Positions 1 to 34,697 of a DNA stretch of 64,000 bases are shown piece after piece; position 1 is the first letter of the stretch, and every line of letters starts with the position of its first letter. Both the position numbers and the translations under genes were made by a program. The notes beneath the pieces were generated by a model. That model was not told the DNA's origin. It searched no databases and saw nothing but the letters and a program-made list of their open reading frames with translations. Origin of the DNA: Macrostomum lignano (Eukaryota); the NCBI GenBank assembly GCA_002269645.1, contig NIVC01000393.1:124001-188000 (forward strand), in the 5' to 3' direction.

Positions 1-3000
1 GAACCTGTAGGTTTGCCGATATGTTGAGTAAATAACTTTCTTGCCAGTTATAGTGAACCTGTAGGTTTGCCGACACGTTGAGTAAATAACTTTCTTGCCA
101 GTTATAGTGAGCCTGTAGGTTTGCCGATATGCTGAGTAAATAACTTTCTTGCCAGTTATAGTGAGCCTGTAGGTTTGCCGACACGTTGAGTAAATAACTT
201 TCTTGCCAGTTATAGTGAGCCTGTAGGTTTGCCGACACGTTGAGTAAATAACTTGCCAGTTATAGTGAACCAAGAAGAGAAATGAGTAGGTTTGCCGATA
301 TGTTGAGTAAATAACTCTCTTGCCAGTTATAATGAGCCTGTAGGTTTGCCGATATGTTGAGTCAATAACTTTCTTGCCAGTTATAGTGAACCTGTAGGTT
401 TGCCGATATGTTGAGTAAATAACTCTCTTGCCAGTTATAGTGAGCCTGTAGGTTTGCCGATATGTTGAGTAAATAACTTTCTTGCCAGTTATAGTGAGCC
501 TGTAGGTTTGCCGATATGTTGAGTAAATAACTTTCTTGCCAGTTATAATGAGCCTGTAGGTTTGCCGATATGTTGAGTAAATAACTCTCTTGCCAGTTAT
601 AGTGAGCCTGTAAGTTTGCCGATATGCTGAGTAAATAACTTTCTTGCCAGTGATAGTGAGCCTGTAGGTTTGCCGATATGTTGAGTAAATAACTTTCTTG
701 CCAGTTATAGTGAGCCTGTAGGTTTGCCGATATGTTGAGTTAATAACTTTCTTGCCAGTTATAATGAGCCTGTAGGTTTGCCGATATGTTGAGTAAATAA
801 CTTTCTTGCCAGTTATAGTGAACCTGTAGGTTTGCCGATATGTTGAGTAAATAACTTTCTTGCCAGTTATAGTGAGCCTGTAGGTTTGCCGACACGTTGA
901 GTAAATAACTTGCCAGTTATAGTGAACCAAGAAGAGAAATGAGTAGGTTTGCCGATATGTTGAGTAAATAACTCTCTTGCCAGTTATAATGAGCCTGTAG
1001 GTTTGCCGATATGTTGAGTAAATAACTTTCTTGCCAGTTATAGTGAGCCTGTAGGTTTGCCGATATGTTGAGTAAATAACTTTCTTGCCAGTTATAGTGA
1101 GCCTGTAGGTTTGCCGATATGTTGAGTAAATAACTTTCTTGCCAGTTATAGTGAGCCTGTAGGTTTGCCGACACGTTGAGTAAATAACTTGCCAGTTATA
1201 GTGAACCAAGAAGAGAAATGAGTAGGTTTGCCGATATGTTGAGTAAATAACTCTCTTGCCAGTTATAATGAGCCTGTAGGTTTGCCGATATGTTGAGTAA
1301 ATAACTTTCTTGCCAGTTATAGTGAGCCTGTAGGTTTGCCGATATGTTGAGTAAATAACTCTCTTGCCAGTTATAATGAGCCTGTAGGTTTGCCGATATG
1401 TTGAGTAAATAACTTTTTTGCCAATTATAGTGAGCCTGTAGGTTTGCCGATATGTTGAGTAAATAACTCTCTTGCCAGTTATAGTGAGCCTGTAGGTTTG
1501 CCGATATGTTGAGTAAATAACTTTCTTGCCAGTTATAGTGAGCCTGTAGGTTTGCCGACACGTTGAGTAAATAACTTGCCAGTTATAGTGAACCAAGAAG
1601 AGAAATGAGTAGGTTTGCCGATATGTTGAGTAAATAACTCTCTTGCCAGTTATAATGAGCCTGTAGGTTTGCCGATATGTTGAGTAAATAACTTTCTTGC
1701 CAGTTATAGTGAGCCTGTAGGTTTGCCGATATGTTGAGTAAATAACTCTCTTGCCAGTTATAGTGAGCCTGTAAGTTTGCCGATATGCTGAGTAAATAAC
1801 TTTCTTGCCAGTTATAGTGAGCCTGTAGGTTTGCCGATATGTTGAGTAAATAACTTTCTTGCCAGTTATAGTGAGCCTGTAGGTTTGCCGATATGTTGAG
1901 TAAATAACTTTCTTGCCAGTTATAATGAGCCTGTAGGTTTGCCGATATGTTGAGTAAATAACTTTCTTGCCAGTTATAGTGAACCTGTAGGTTTGCCGAT
2001 ATGTTGAGTAAATAACTTTCTTGCCAGTTATAGTGAGCCTGTAGGTTTGCCGACACGTTGAGTAAATAACTTGCCAGTTATAGTGAACCAAGAAGAGAAA
2101 TGAGTAGGTTTGCCGATATGTTGAGTAAATAACTCTCTTGCCAGTTATAATGAGCCTGTAGGTTTGCCGATATGTTGAGTAAATAACTTTCTTGCCAGTT
2201 ATAGTGAGCCTGTAGGTTTGCCGATATGTTGAGTAAATAACTTTCTTGCCAGTTATAGTGAGCCTGTAGGTTTGCCGATATGTTGAGTAAATAACTTTCT
2301 TGCCAGTTATAGTGAGCCTGTAGGTTTGCCGACACGTTGAGTAAATAACTTGCCAGTTATAGTGAACCAAGAAGAGAAATGAGTAGGTTTGCCGATATGT
2401 TGAGTAAATAACTCTCTTGCCAGTTATAATGAGCCTGTAGGTTTGCCGATATGTTGAGTAAATAACTTTCTTGCCAGTTATAGTGAGCCTGTAGGTTTGC
2501 CGATATGTTGAGTAAATAACTTTCTTGCCAGTTATAGTGAGCCTGTAGGTTTGCCGATGTGTTGAGTAAATAACTCTCTTGCCAGTTATAGTGAGCCTGT
2601 AGGTTTGCCGACACGTTGAGTAAATAACTTTCTTGCCAGTTATAGTGAACCAAGAAGAGAAATGAGTAGGTTTGCCGATATGTTGAGTAAATAACTCTCT
2701 TGCCAGTTATAATGAGCCTGTAGGTTTGCCGATATGTTGAGTAAATAACTTTCTTGCCAGTTATAGTGAGCCTGTAGGTTTGCCGATATGTTGAGTAAAT
2801 AACTCTCTTGCCAGTTATAGTGAGCCTGTAGGTTTGCCGACACGTTGAGTAAATAACTTTTTTGCCAATTATAGTGAGCCTGTAGGTTTGCCGATATGTT
2901 GAGTAAATAACTCTCTTGCCAGTTATAGTGACCCAGTAGGTTTGCCGATATGTTGAGCAAATAACTTGCCAGTTATAGTGAACCAAGAAGAGAAATGAGT

Positions 3001-3915
3001 AGGTTTGCCGATATGTTGAGTAAATAACTCTCTTGCCAGTTATAATGAGCCTGTAGGTTTGCCGATATGTTGAGTAAATAACTTTCTTGCCAGTTATAGT
3101 GAGCCTGTAGGTTTGCCGATATGTTGAGTAAATAACTTTCTTGCCAGTTATAGTGAGCCTGTAGGTTTGCCGATATGTTGAGTAAATAACTTTCTTGCCA
3201 GTTATAGTGAGCCTGTAGGTTTGCCGACACGTTGAGTAAATAACTTTCTTGCCAGTTATAGTGAGCCAGGTTTGCCGAAGAGAAATGAGTAGGTTTGCCG
3301 ATATGTTGAGTAAATAACTTGCCAGTTATAGTGAACCTGAGTAGGTTTGCCGATATGTTGAGTAAATAACTCTTCTTGCCAGTTATAGTGAGCCTGTAGG
3401 TTTGCCGATATGTTGAGTAAATAACTTTCTTGCCAGTTATAGTGAGCCTGTAGGTTTGCCGATATGTTGAGTAAATAACTTCTTGCCAGTTATAGTGAGC
3501 CTGTAGGTTTGCCGATGTGTGAGTAAATAACTCTCTTGCCAGTTATAGTGAGCCTGTAGGTTTGCCGACACGTTGAGTAAATAACTTCTTGCCAGTTATA
3601 ATGAACCTGAGTAGGTTTGCCGATATGTTGAGTAAATAACTCTCTTGCCAGTTATAATGAGCCTGTAGGTTTGCCGATATGTTGAGTAAATAACTTTCTT
3701 GCCAGTTATAGTGAGCCTGTAGGTTTGCCGATATGTTGAGTAAATAACTCTCTTGCCAGTTATAGTGAGCCTGTAGGTTTGCCGACACGTTGAGTAAATA
3801 ACTTTTTTGCCAATTATAGTGAGCCTGTAGGTTTGCCGATATGTTGAGTAAATAACTCTCTTGCCAGTTATAGTGACCCAGTAGGTTTGCCGATATGTTG
3901 AGCAAATAACTTCTC
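1..3915. repeat. 54-bp tandem satellite (~70 units) with recurring variant unit, runs off the window start
   Basis: Unit gaacctgtaggtttgccgatatgttgagtaaataactttcttgccagttatagt; variant containing aagaagagaaatgag recurs near 271, 929, 1208, 1595, 2090, 2369, 2650, 2985, 3277. Confidence 0.97.
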
Positions 3916-3994
3916 AGACTGGTTAATACTAAATATTAGACAGGTACCTCCTGATGTCGAAGAATTTCCAAAAACGCATCCGAATCTCTCACCA

Positions 3995-4210
3995 AAGCTC
4001 CCGGGTTCGAATCCCGGGTTTAAGGATCAGAAATTAGAGTGCAGACGCACTCTCCTGTCTAGGCGAGTTCTGTCGTCAACCCCTAAAAGCCGCTGCAATC
4101 TGTTAATTAACTAATGGCATTGAACAAGTCAGTGGGCAGCCCAGAGTCCTCAGCCTTGTCACGTTCGCGGGCACAAAAGCTACACAAATATGGATGCTTC
4201 ACTTTCTAAT
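3995..4210 (+). mobile_element. Possible 5'-truncated tRNA-derived SINE
   Basis: B-box GGTTCGAATCC near 4006; 3' end tatggatgcttcactttc resembles an RTE-type tail; no A-box or TSD seen. Confidence 0.3.
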
Positions 4211-4597
4211 TTCTTTAATAAAGGTTTAAAATAATTAACAAAATGCCCAAGAGTCAAGATTATTCATTTGCAGATAACTACATGTAAGTAAAGTTAGGTA
4301 AGTTAATTTAATCATACCTGTATCAATTTGGACACAATACCAGATTATATGCAAGCAGCGAATATTACAAATGTGATGCGCTGAAAAGCTTGCAAAACGA
4401 CCAGTGAACCCCATTTACAAGAAAATGCATTGTGCAGTATAAAACGCACAGGGACATACTAAGGACATGCAAAAATGCACTGCAATTATATAAAAAATAG
4501 GAATTATTCCAAACTGCTCTACTAGTATCAGTAGCAATCAAAGCGCTCAATGCTAAAACGTACAAAATAAAGAAACAAATGAATTGAACAGTTTGGA

Positions 4598-4815
4598 AAC
4601 GCAGAATAAAGTATAAAAAAATGTTTTGACATACGAGTAATTTACGAAACATATCGTCAATTTATGGCTTACAAGGTTACTAACGCAACATATCGTCGAT
4701 TTATGGCTTACGAAGTTAAGAACGCAACATATCGTCAATTTATAGCTTACAAACTTACTAACGCAACATATCGCCGATTTATGGCTTACGAAGTTACTTA
4801 CGCAACATATCGTAC
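4598..4815. repeat. 39-bp minisatellite (~5.5 copies) just downstream of the BAP18 stop
   Basis: Unit aacatatcgtcaatttatggcttacaaggttactaacgc. Confidence 0.9.
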
Positions 4816-4836
4816 AGCTACAGACCAAGCCACAAA

Positions 4837-5562
4837 TTACAGAAGCTCATCAACATCATTGCTTTCAGAGTGAATATCATTAATAGAAGAAACTGTCCCA
4901 GCTTCCTTCTCCATCTCAGCCTGCTCAGTGCAGTCATTCTGCAGCTCTTCCTCTTCCTTCACCGCCAGCTCATTCTCCAGGTCGGCGTCAACGCCAGCCA
5001 GCGGAGGCGGCGGCGGAGCCGGAGTGACGGCGGCGGCCCCAGCCTCGTCTTCATCCGCTGCGTCATCCATTCCTCTCTCAACATCGTCGTCAGCATCGTC
5101 AGCAGCGGCGGCAGCGACATCCGCTTCGCTGCCGTTCTGACGCTCAGCAACATCCACTTCCTCCAGCTTCGGCAGTTTCACGTCCAAAGACGAGTCCTCC
5201 TCATCGACATCGTCAACATCGTCGGTGTTGTTGACGCTGTCATCGGCTCCTCGTTTCAACGACTGCGGCGGCGACTTCAAGCTGGCCGGCTGACGGGGCG
5301 GCAGCAGCTGGGAGCGCCGGATCTGCGCCTTGATCTGGTGCACGGATTTTGTGCGCAGAGTCTCGGCAATGCGGGCCAAGTCGGTGTGGCCGTGCCGGGC
5401 CACGCAGTCGCGCAGCATCTGCAGCTCGGCGCTGGTCCACTTCAGCCGGCCGCTGCTGTCCTCGGCGGTCTGCAGGGCCAGCGTCGTCTGCTCGGCAAGG
5501 CGGCTGAATGCGGCACCGGCGAACAGAAACAGCTCGGAGACTGCGGCCGCGCCGGAGGTCAT
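4837..5562 (-). CDS. BAP18: Chromatin complexes subunit BAP18 (C17orf49)-like SANT/Myb protein, single coding exon, 241 aa
   Basis: MTSGAAAVSELFLFAGAAFSRLAEQ...KWTSAELQMLRDCVARHG..DL..I...TV.QIKA aligns by eye to human BAP18 MTSASTKVGEIFSAAGAAFTKLGEL...KWTETEIEMLRAAVKRFGDDL; acidic C-terminal tail. Confidence 0.88.
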   Translation of the reverse strand: MTSGAAAVSELFLFAGAAFSRLAEQTTLALQTAEDSSGRLKWTSAELQMLRDCVARHGHTDLARIAETLRTKSVHQIKAQIRRSQLLPPRQPASLKSPPQSLKRGADDSVNNTDDVDDVDEEDSSLDVKLPKLEEVDVAERQNGSEADVAAAAADDADDDVERGMDDAADEDEAGAAAVTPAPPPPPLAGVDADLENELAVKEEEELQNDCTEQAEMEKEAGTVSSINDIHSESNDVDELL

Positions 5563-5662
5563 GATGGCGGATGACGGGGCTTGATGGAGCAAACAGGGGG
5601 ATGCTGGGCACTAACTGGATCAGCTGCCGCTGAAACATGCGGGTTCAGGATGGACAGTAAGA

Positions 5663-6085
5663 ATGAATACTTGCTATGCTTCTACTACTACTGATACTGA
5701 TACTACTACTACTATTACAATTACTACTACTACTGATACTACTACTACTACTACTACTACTACTACCGATACTACTACTACTACTACTACCGATACTACT
5801 ACTACTACTACTGCTACTACTACTACTACTACTGCTACTACTGCTACTACTACTACTATTACAACAACTACTACTACTGCTACTACTACTACTATTACAA
5901 CAACTACTACTACTGCTACTACTACTACTATTACAACAACTACTACTACTGCTACTACTACTACTATTACAACTACTACTACTACTGCTACTACTACTAC
6001 TATTACAACTACTACTACTACTGATACTAGTACTACTACTACTGATACTATTACTATTACTACTACTACTACTAATACTCCTACC
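5663..6085. repeat. (ACT)n trinucleotide microsatellite
   Basis: Direct inspection; it generates the poly-T/V/L ORFs. Confidence 0.95.
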
Positions 6086-7096
6086 ATAAAGTAGACTTTT
6101 CCATTAAAATCAGCACCAACTCTAGAAATGGAGCACTGTGGACATAATAATTGCTTTAAAACTCTCTACTTGATTGTCTTTTTTAAACAGAGAGAGAAGA
6201 GCCTTGAACAACTTGGCTTGGCTTGCATTCTTGCAATTTGCGTGGTCGGTCTTTTCCTATTGAATGCATTGAGAGTGGCCTTCTAGGGAATATAAGATCT
6301 ATGCTACTAACACTATGAGTACTGAAAAATATACTACTTATGCTACTGTATACTAGATTACTACAGCACTATAAAGGAGAAAATCAGGGGTAAAGCAGAA
6401 TACCGCAGGTGAAGAGGAGACAATTATATTTATACAATTAGCAAATATGTATTCATGGCATCAGCGTTTTCTTGCACAGAAGTTTTTCAGTAAAATTGTT
6501 ACAAAATCGCGCCTAGTTTTAAGCAAGAATGTTAGAGAATTTGTAGAAGTACAAAAATAGAGAATAGAGACAAGCTACTTTGAGTAATAATAAATGAAAA
6601 CTTACTAATTAAAACAGGAAAATACAGCGGAAAAGTTGGAACGGAAATTACTAAATATATTTCAAAAGCTTTGGAATGAGCATTGAATTAAGAATATTTG
6701 TGCGATAAACTATTCACTGTCAATACACAGCGCATTGCAGAACCAGTCTGCCCCTGTAGTTCAAACAAATTTTTATCAAACTTTTTGTGACTACTTGTTA
6801 GTAGTATGGGCTTTTGCCCATTGCAGCATTATAAAAATAACTAGATGTACTTTTATTATTCGGGCAAATATCGAGTAACTACAAGTTGTTGTTAAATAAT
6901 AAAATACAAAAAAATGAAACAAAAAGAACAGCTAACAATTTTGCTAATGACTACTCGAACTGGTCGAGCAGTAGATAGTGGCGAAACTATGTAGGAAAAT
7001 AAAATAAAACTGCTAATATTGTTATACAAACATTCAATGTTCAAGTTATATCAAGGACGGAATAAAAATTTGCAAATTAGTGAGATGGTTATCAGA

Positions 7097-7667
7097 TTGG
7101 TCAGACCAATCTGGCAATGCTCAGTTATCGATCTATGATCAAATTGGTCAGACCAATCTGGCAATGCTCACTTATCGATCTATGATCTAATAGGTCAGAC
7201 CAATCTGGCAGTTATCGATCTATGATCAAATTGGTCAGACCAATCTGGCAGTTATCGATCTATGATCAAATTGGTCAGACCAATCTGGCAGTTATCGATC
7301 TATGATCAAATTGGTCAGACCAATCTGGCAATGCTCAGTTATCGATCTATGATCAAATTGGTTAGACCAATCTGGCAATGCTCAGTTATCGATCTATGAT
7401 CAAATTGGTCAGACCAATCTGGCAATGCTCAGTTATCGATCTATTATGAAATTGGTCAGACCAATCTGGCAATGCTCAGTTATCGATCTATTATGAAATT
7501 GGTCAGACCAATCTGGCAATGCTCAGTTATCGATCTATTATCAAATTGGTCAGACCAATCTGGCAATGCTCAGTTATCGATCTATTATCAAATTGGTCAG
7601 ACCAATCTGGCAATGCTCAGTTATCGATCTATTATGAAATTGGTCAGACCAATCTGGCAATGCTCAG
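7097..7667. repeat. 47-bp minisatellite with 39-bp deletion variants
   Basis: Unit tcagaccaatctggcaatgctcagttatcgatctatgatcaaattgg. Confidence 0.93.
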
Positions 7668-8244
7668 ATTTCAACCTAATTTCATACCAAATTAATATTT
7701 ATGACTACAATAGATTTGCAAAGCAATAAACCAAGGAATTAGTCAGTCGCTAAGGCATCCTGTTCATTCCTGCTGACTGTGCCGGGCACCTGACGGACTG
7801 TAGGGTCGCTGCTGACGTGGTGTTGGCGAAGTGTTGCTGCAAATATATGAAAAATAAAATTAGTATATTAAACAAACTGTAATTCTGCCGTTGAACAGAC
7901 TGTAAAAGCACAGATATACAGACAATAAATGAAGGCATTAAAGATGTTGTCTAGCTACATAGCCAGTGTCATCATATTGTTGCGGGATTTTAGATTACCG
8001 CGTGCAAACACAATAAATATAAAATGTGATTTGAACAAAGAGTGAATGACGATTCAAATTTTAATAAAGACTGACGTGAACAACAGCCACCTGGATCCAC
8101 CAAGCAGCTTAAAACCTTGTACGGTTGTACGAACGTAAGGGGCAAGTATCACAACTAAAATATCACAGACTAGATACCGATATTCTAGATTATGATCTCT
8201 AATTTAGATGCCAAACATCAAGTGGTTAATCCTTGATCTCATAG

Positions 8245-9410
8245 CCAGATCCCAGATCCCAGATCCTAGATCCTAGATACCAGATCCTAGATCCTAAATC
8301 CTATATCCCAGATCCTAGATCCCAGATACCAGATCCCAGATCCTAGATCCTAGATACCAGATCCTAGATCCTAAATCCTATATCCCAGATCCTAGATCCC
8401 AGATACCAGATCCCAGATCCTAGATCCCAGATACCAGATCCCAGATCCTAGATCCTAGATCCCATATCCTAGATCCCAGATCCTAGATCCTATATCCTAG
8501 ATCCTAGATCCCAGATCCTAGATCCTATATCCCAGATCCCAGATCCTAGATCCCAGATAACAGATCCTAGATCCCAGATCCTAGATCCTATATCCTATAT
8601 CCCAGATCCTAGGTCCCAGATCCCAGATCCTAGATCCTATATCCTATATCCCAGATCCTAGGTCCCAGATCCCAGATCCTAGATCCCAGATCCTAGATCC
8701 CAGATCCCAGATCCTAGAGCCCAGATCCTAGATCCCAGATCCTAGATCCCAGATCCTAGATCCCAGATCCTAGATCCCAGATAACAGATCCCAGATCCTA
8801 GATCCCAGATCCTAGAGCCCATATCCTAGATCCCAGATCCTAGATCCTATATCCTAGATCCTAGATCCCAGATCCTAGATCCTATATCCTAGATCCCAGA
8901 TCCTAGATCCCAGATAACAGATCCTAGATCCCAGATCCTAGATCCTATATCCTATATCCTATATCCCAGATCCTAGGTCCCAGATCCCAGATCCTATATC
9001 CTATATCCCAGATCCTAGGTCCCAGATCCCAGATCCTAGATCCCAGATCCTAGATCCCAGATCCTAGATCCCAGATCCTAGATCCCAGATCCTAGATCCC
9101 AGATAACAGATCCCAGATCCTAGATCCCAGATCCTAGAGCCCAGATCCTAGATTCTAGATCCTAGATCCTAGATCGCAGATCCTAGATCCTAGATCCCAG
9201 ATCCTAGATCCCAGATCCTAGATCCTAGATCCCAGATCCTAGATCCCAGATCCCAGATCCCAGATCCTAGATCCCAGATCCTAGATCCCAGATCCTAGAT
9301 CCCAGATCCTAGATCCCAGATCCTAGATCCCAGATCCTAGGTCCGAGATCCTAGATCCCAGATTCCAGATTCCAGATCCTAGATCCCAAATCCTAGGTCC
9401 CAGATCTGAG
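8245..9410. repeat. 7-bp (AGATCCY)n tandem array
   Basis: agatcct/agatccc units over ~1.15 kb. Confidence 0.95.
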
Positions 9411-9542
9411 ACATTTTGCACAGCGACATGGACAGTGACAATGGCACGGTGACTCAGCAGCACAAGGAATTGAACTACAATAAAGTAGACCTTGCGAAAG
9501 CGGCTTATCGGCCAACCTACAAGAGCTCTAGATAGCAGAGTC

Positions 9543-29981
<20,439 letters not shown>

Positions 29982-30339
29982 GATGGCTGCAGTAGTGATG
30001 GCAGTGATAACACAATTGGATTATTATTGAAATCTGTGCAATAATTGTGCATAATTAGCTGTTTAGAATCTATCAAGACCCTATTTAGAACATTGTTCAA
30101 TAGACATTCTAGAGGTGTGATTAATATTTGGTCAGAGAAAGTCTTCTTGATTATAAGTGTTTAGTATTTTAGCGACTGTGATTAGTTTAATGATGACTGC
30201 AATATCCAGAATTTTTTCTGGCTTTTAAGCAATAGTCATTAGTCTTTATTACAATTATCATTACTCATTGTACTTGCATTTTTATGACTCCACACTTTTA
30301 GAGACACTGTGGCCATGTCTACTATTGTATAGGTTTGTT

Positions 30340-31193
30340 CTTTGCCGATGCCTGCGTGAAGATGATGGCTATGTGCTGGTCTCACGCCGAAGCTCCCGGC
30401 ATCCTGCCGTCTCGCTGCCTGCTCTTGCCTATGCTGATGACATTGCCCTTCTGTGTCGCGATCTGGCTGCTGCCCAACAGGCTCTGTCTAGACTCTACGA
30501 AGAGGGCACTCAAGTTGGCTAGGCTTGGTGATCAATGCATCCAAGACTGAGGTGCTCCACGTGGGCACTGCAACTACCCCTGCACTAGCTCTTCCAAATG
30601 GAGAAGTCGTCAAGGTGTGCGAGGACTTCCGCTACCTCAGCTCCCTTGTCTTGAGCCCCGACACCATTGTTTCTGACAGGACTCAGGCCTGGCATGTGGC
30701 ACACATGCTCAGGAGCGTCTTCAATTCAACCGCTCGCAACAACCTAAAGATGCGCCTTTTCTGCACTGCCATTGAGCCGATTCTTCTATACAGCATGGAG
30801 GCTGTGCCAATGACTTCGACGCAACAGCAAGCCCTGGATGCCCACTACAGGTTGCTGCTCCGCTATGCCCTGGGCATGCACTACCCTGATACTGTGCCAA
30901 CCAGGGACCTGATGACTCGCACTGGTGTTCCCGTGCTCAGCTACACTATCTGTAAATGCTGTCAGATGTTACTTGGCCACTGCCTAAGAAGCCACGGCCG
31001 CGGCGAGCAAAATCCTCTGGTGCTGGCTCTCCTGCATCAGCCTACTGAGCACCTGCACTGTGGCCAAAGCCAAACTGTGAGGCTAAATGATACATTTCTG
31101 ACTGACTTACAGGCCATTGGGCTCAGCCCCCAGTCCATCATGACTTGCCCCTCTCAGTTGTTCTGTGAACGCATCTGCGCAAAGTCTAGCTAG
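30340..31193 (+). pseudogene. 5'-truncated non-LTR retrotransposon RT C-terminal fragment
   Basis: LAYADDIALL, INASKTEVL, FRYLSS, LFCTAIEPILLYSMEA; disrupted near 30520. Confidence 0.85.
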
Positions 31194-33074
31194 ATCTATT
31201 TTTGTCTGTGCTAGCAATTTTATGTCCCTAATAGGGAGTAAGTTATGTACTAGAAAACTTGACTCCACAAAATCCACCCTGTAATCTTTAAGATTTGTGT
31301 TTTTTCTATTGTTAATAAATAAATAAGCTAGTATTGCATTGATTTGTTTGTTTCTATAAATTTAGCTTCTATGGGCCTATTGATTTATTAATCATGAGTG
31401 GATACAAAATTGGTTGGGATAATAGTCAATTTTTTCAAAGATTTAGTTAGGCCTACATACATGTATATGCATTTGTAAAGATTGTTTTACTAAGTTAAAA
31501 CATGTATTGGCATTATGTATAAACTAAATTAATTAGATTCTTGTAGTTGTAGCTGACTTGAACTGAGGGTAAAGCCTATATATTTACTTTTTTAATCTAA
31601 TAAATAACTAGACCTAATTTTTCTCATTTAATTATATTATTTAAGTCTCATTGCTATTTCTTTATTTCCATTATTGCTAGGTTGATAATACAGTAGATCA
31701 CAATATTTACATCATTAATAAATCATATATTATATACCAAAACATAAATAACTAGCTATGTGTATTCCATATAATATTCTATATTAAATTTTAATTATAC
31801 CTATATATAATAAAGCTCTTATTACAAGCTATTTGTCTAATTTATCTTGAAATATACACTCTTACTTAAATAAAATAAGATAAGGAACAATGATAGTATT
31901 ATTGATTGAGGTAGGGCTTAAAATTATTGTATAGAACCTTTACCCAATCAGGAAAGTTCTATATTTTTTGTTTCAAATTTTTTTTTGTTTTAAATTTAAT
32001 TGCTAAATATGTTTAAAATTACTATAGCCAATGATAGGCCTAGTTTATCTCAAAAACTATATAAAGGCCCTAACTAGCTAAGAAATAAACCCTTTTGCTT
32101 GCTTTTGCACTTTTGCTTTTAGCAATCTCATTTTAAGGCCTAAAATTTCTAAGGTTGAGACCTTAAGTAAGCCTGACTTTTGTTAATAATTTAGAGAGTC
32201 ATTGAGGTCATGGATACCTAGAATAGGAATTTGAAATAGGGAATTGCCCTATTGGCATATGACCAAGATGGCCACATACCAAGATGACCACAGATCTAAA
32301 TGTCTAAATTAAAATAAATAATATTAAGTATAGGTCTATATATTTCACTCATTTAGAACCATTTTCCTTTTGGTAATAATTAGGAAGATAGTCGATAGAT
32401 GCTAAAATTGAATTATATTACACTATAATCATTCTCTTTGTTTTTAGGCCTAGCTTTTATTGTAGCTTGACCTATAGATGTTTATTTACTAAATAAAGCA
32501 AGTAGCCAAGCATATAATAAATACCTTGTTGCATATTTATCTCATTTTTGCATAGCATTATTATTAGCAATGGTTTCTTAATAAACTGATAGTGATAGAT
32601 TTGATATATATGGCCTTATGGGAATAAATTGGCACAAATACTAAAAAGATTAAAGTTTTTATATTATGAATAAATCATTTTAAATCTATTATTGTATCAA
32701 TATTTATAAATATGATTGATTAAAACAAAATAATGCATGATAATAAAACAATAGCTATTAATTTGCTAATTATTGTTAGAGAGAAAGCAGTTATAATGGA
32801 GATTTAATGTTGTGGCTGTGGCCATCTTGGTCTTGCACCGTCATAAAGGCTAGAATAGGAACAGAAGCCATAAAGGGCTTAGATATTTAGTGTTAGGATT
32901 AGAAATTAGACTTAACTAATAATTAGACCTACACCTGTGTTAAAAGCTAATGCTAGATATCCTTAGCCCCCAGAAATGTTAACATTTTTTGGACTCAGTT
33001 TAAGTTTTTTTTTTCATTTTTGTTCGAAAAAAAATGATTGCAAACCAAAGCTGGCTATAAGAAAGCCTATCAAA

Positions 33075-33480
33075 TACGAGGGGTATCCAGCAAAATATAG
33101 GACAAGTGCCATATATTTTAAACAAACAATGAAAACAAAACAATAACTATGTCATTTTTCAACATAATCTCCACCCTTTTCAATGCACTATTGGCTATTG
33201 CCATTATTCCAGCTACTTGTTGAAGGCCTCAGTGAATTAGAAAGTAGCCATGGGGTTGGTGACCCCCTCCTATGCACTCTTGACCTCTTGCAAAATGTCA
33301 AACTGGCAACTGGCAATGTAGTTTTTGACATACGGAAATAGCCAAAAGTCTGCAGAGGCCAAATCAGGTAAATAAGGTAGATGCGGCATGCGGCACCACC
33401 GGAATTTTAGGAACTCAACAAATCGGGTCTTCGAGGCCTTTGGCTGTTCTGCACACGCAATTGGAGAGTTTTTAGTCACA
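33075..33480 (-). mobile_element. Mariner transposase remnant with TIR-like end
   Basis: PHLPYLPDLASADFWLFPYVK resembles mariner HPPYSPDLAPSDFWLF; tacgagggg TIR-like start at 33075. Confidence 0.7.
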
Positions 33481-34697
33481 TTTATGGCCAGAAGCTTGCA
33501 TTTATGAATTCCAGTGCTGGGCGTTAACTAGTTAATTGTTTAAAATAATTGTGCAAAAATAATTCCGGGAAATGGAGTTCCCCGGGTTCAAAATCCGTGG
33601 GTTGCAACAGCTTGTATGCCATTAAAAAGTAAAATTAATACATACTTAAAATAACTTCGCCTTTCTAAGCATTATTTAACGCGTCACAAACTATTACATG
33701 CATATTATTTCAGTTACAATTTATAATGAATAGAATATTCCGGAAGATTCTGGAATCTTCAACTATTATCTATTGATATTCTACCCAAGGACTACTAGAA
33801 GTTATCGTTGTATACATGTAATGATTCTGCCTTTCCTGCTGCGCTGCTCCGCGTCGCGCTGCATAGATATTTCCTTGTCGCGTTGCACCATACTGCGCCA
33901 TGTCGCGTTGCCGCGCTACTTCCCGCGCCGCCGCGCGACTTCCCGCGCCGCTGCGCGACCTGGCTGTTGTGTATTGCAAAGGCATGCAATGCGTAGGGAT
34001 AGTTCGGGGACAGGGTTTCTAGAAACTTCTACAGCAGGACTTGTTTACGCATAGTTCCAGAAGTTTCCTCTCCCGGTCTTTCTAAGACTTTCCTTCCCCG
34101 CGTGCATAAATATACGAGCCGCCCTCCTATTGGCCAAGCCCTCTTTTGGTGCCACTGGGCGCCCGGATAATTATCTATCTTGTTTCTGCGTTCGTTAATT
34201 CAACAACAGAACACTTGGCCACAGCCCGCGCGCCGCGCCGACCTGAAATTAAAAAAACACGCAGGACGCATGCCCGGGAAAATGTCACTTTTTCCATTAG
34301 GGAGAAATAGGAATTAACTTTAACTTTTAACTTTTTAGAAGTTAAATTTTTGGCAAAAGTTAAATATTTAACTAGTTACAGTTAATTTTTTTGGAGCAAT
34401 TGAATTAACTTTTGAACTTTTAACGAGTTAAAAAAATTGATTAACCTGCCCATGCAGCACTGATGAATTCTATAATGTCGATCGATCGTAATAGTACATT
34501 TTCTGAAAGGACGTCAAAGATCACAACATCAAACGAGATCACGTCTTAACAAGACTCGTGAAGCCAAGCCACTTTTCTGGAATTTATTCTGATCGAGAAG
34601 AGAATAACCATACATGCACGAGAAAACTTAAATTCAAACGTTTAAAGCACCATGCAATCCGAAGCGAAGTTAAATCATTTCTTGCTCTTGCACAGTT

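Noticed and set aside
1-3915. CRISPR array, or 18-aa repeat protein (ANLQAHYNWQESYLLNIS)
   Set aside because: Units are contiguous with no unique spacers and there are no cas genes; the context is eukaryotic; ORFs arise because the 54-bp unit lacks stops in one frame and they break at each variant unit
4870-5638. Alternative-frame and antisense ORFs over BAP18 (similar shadows over CEP135 exons and transposon genes)
   Set aside because: GC-rich shadow ORFs of the real coding frames
5663-6094. Poly-Thr/Val/Leu ORFs
   Set aside because: By-products of an (ACT)n microsatellite
31200-33000. AT-rich stretch as a possible gene or element
   Set aside because: No ORFs, TIRs or periodicity recognised
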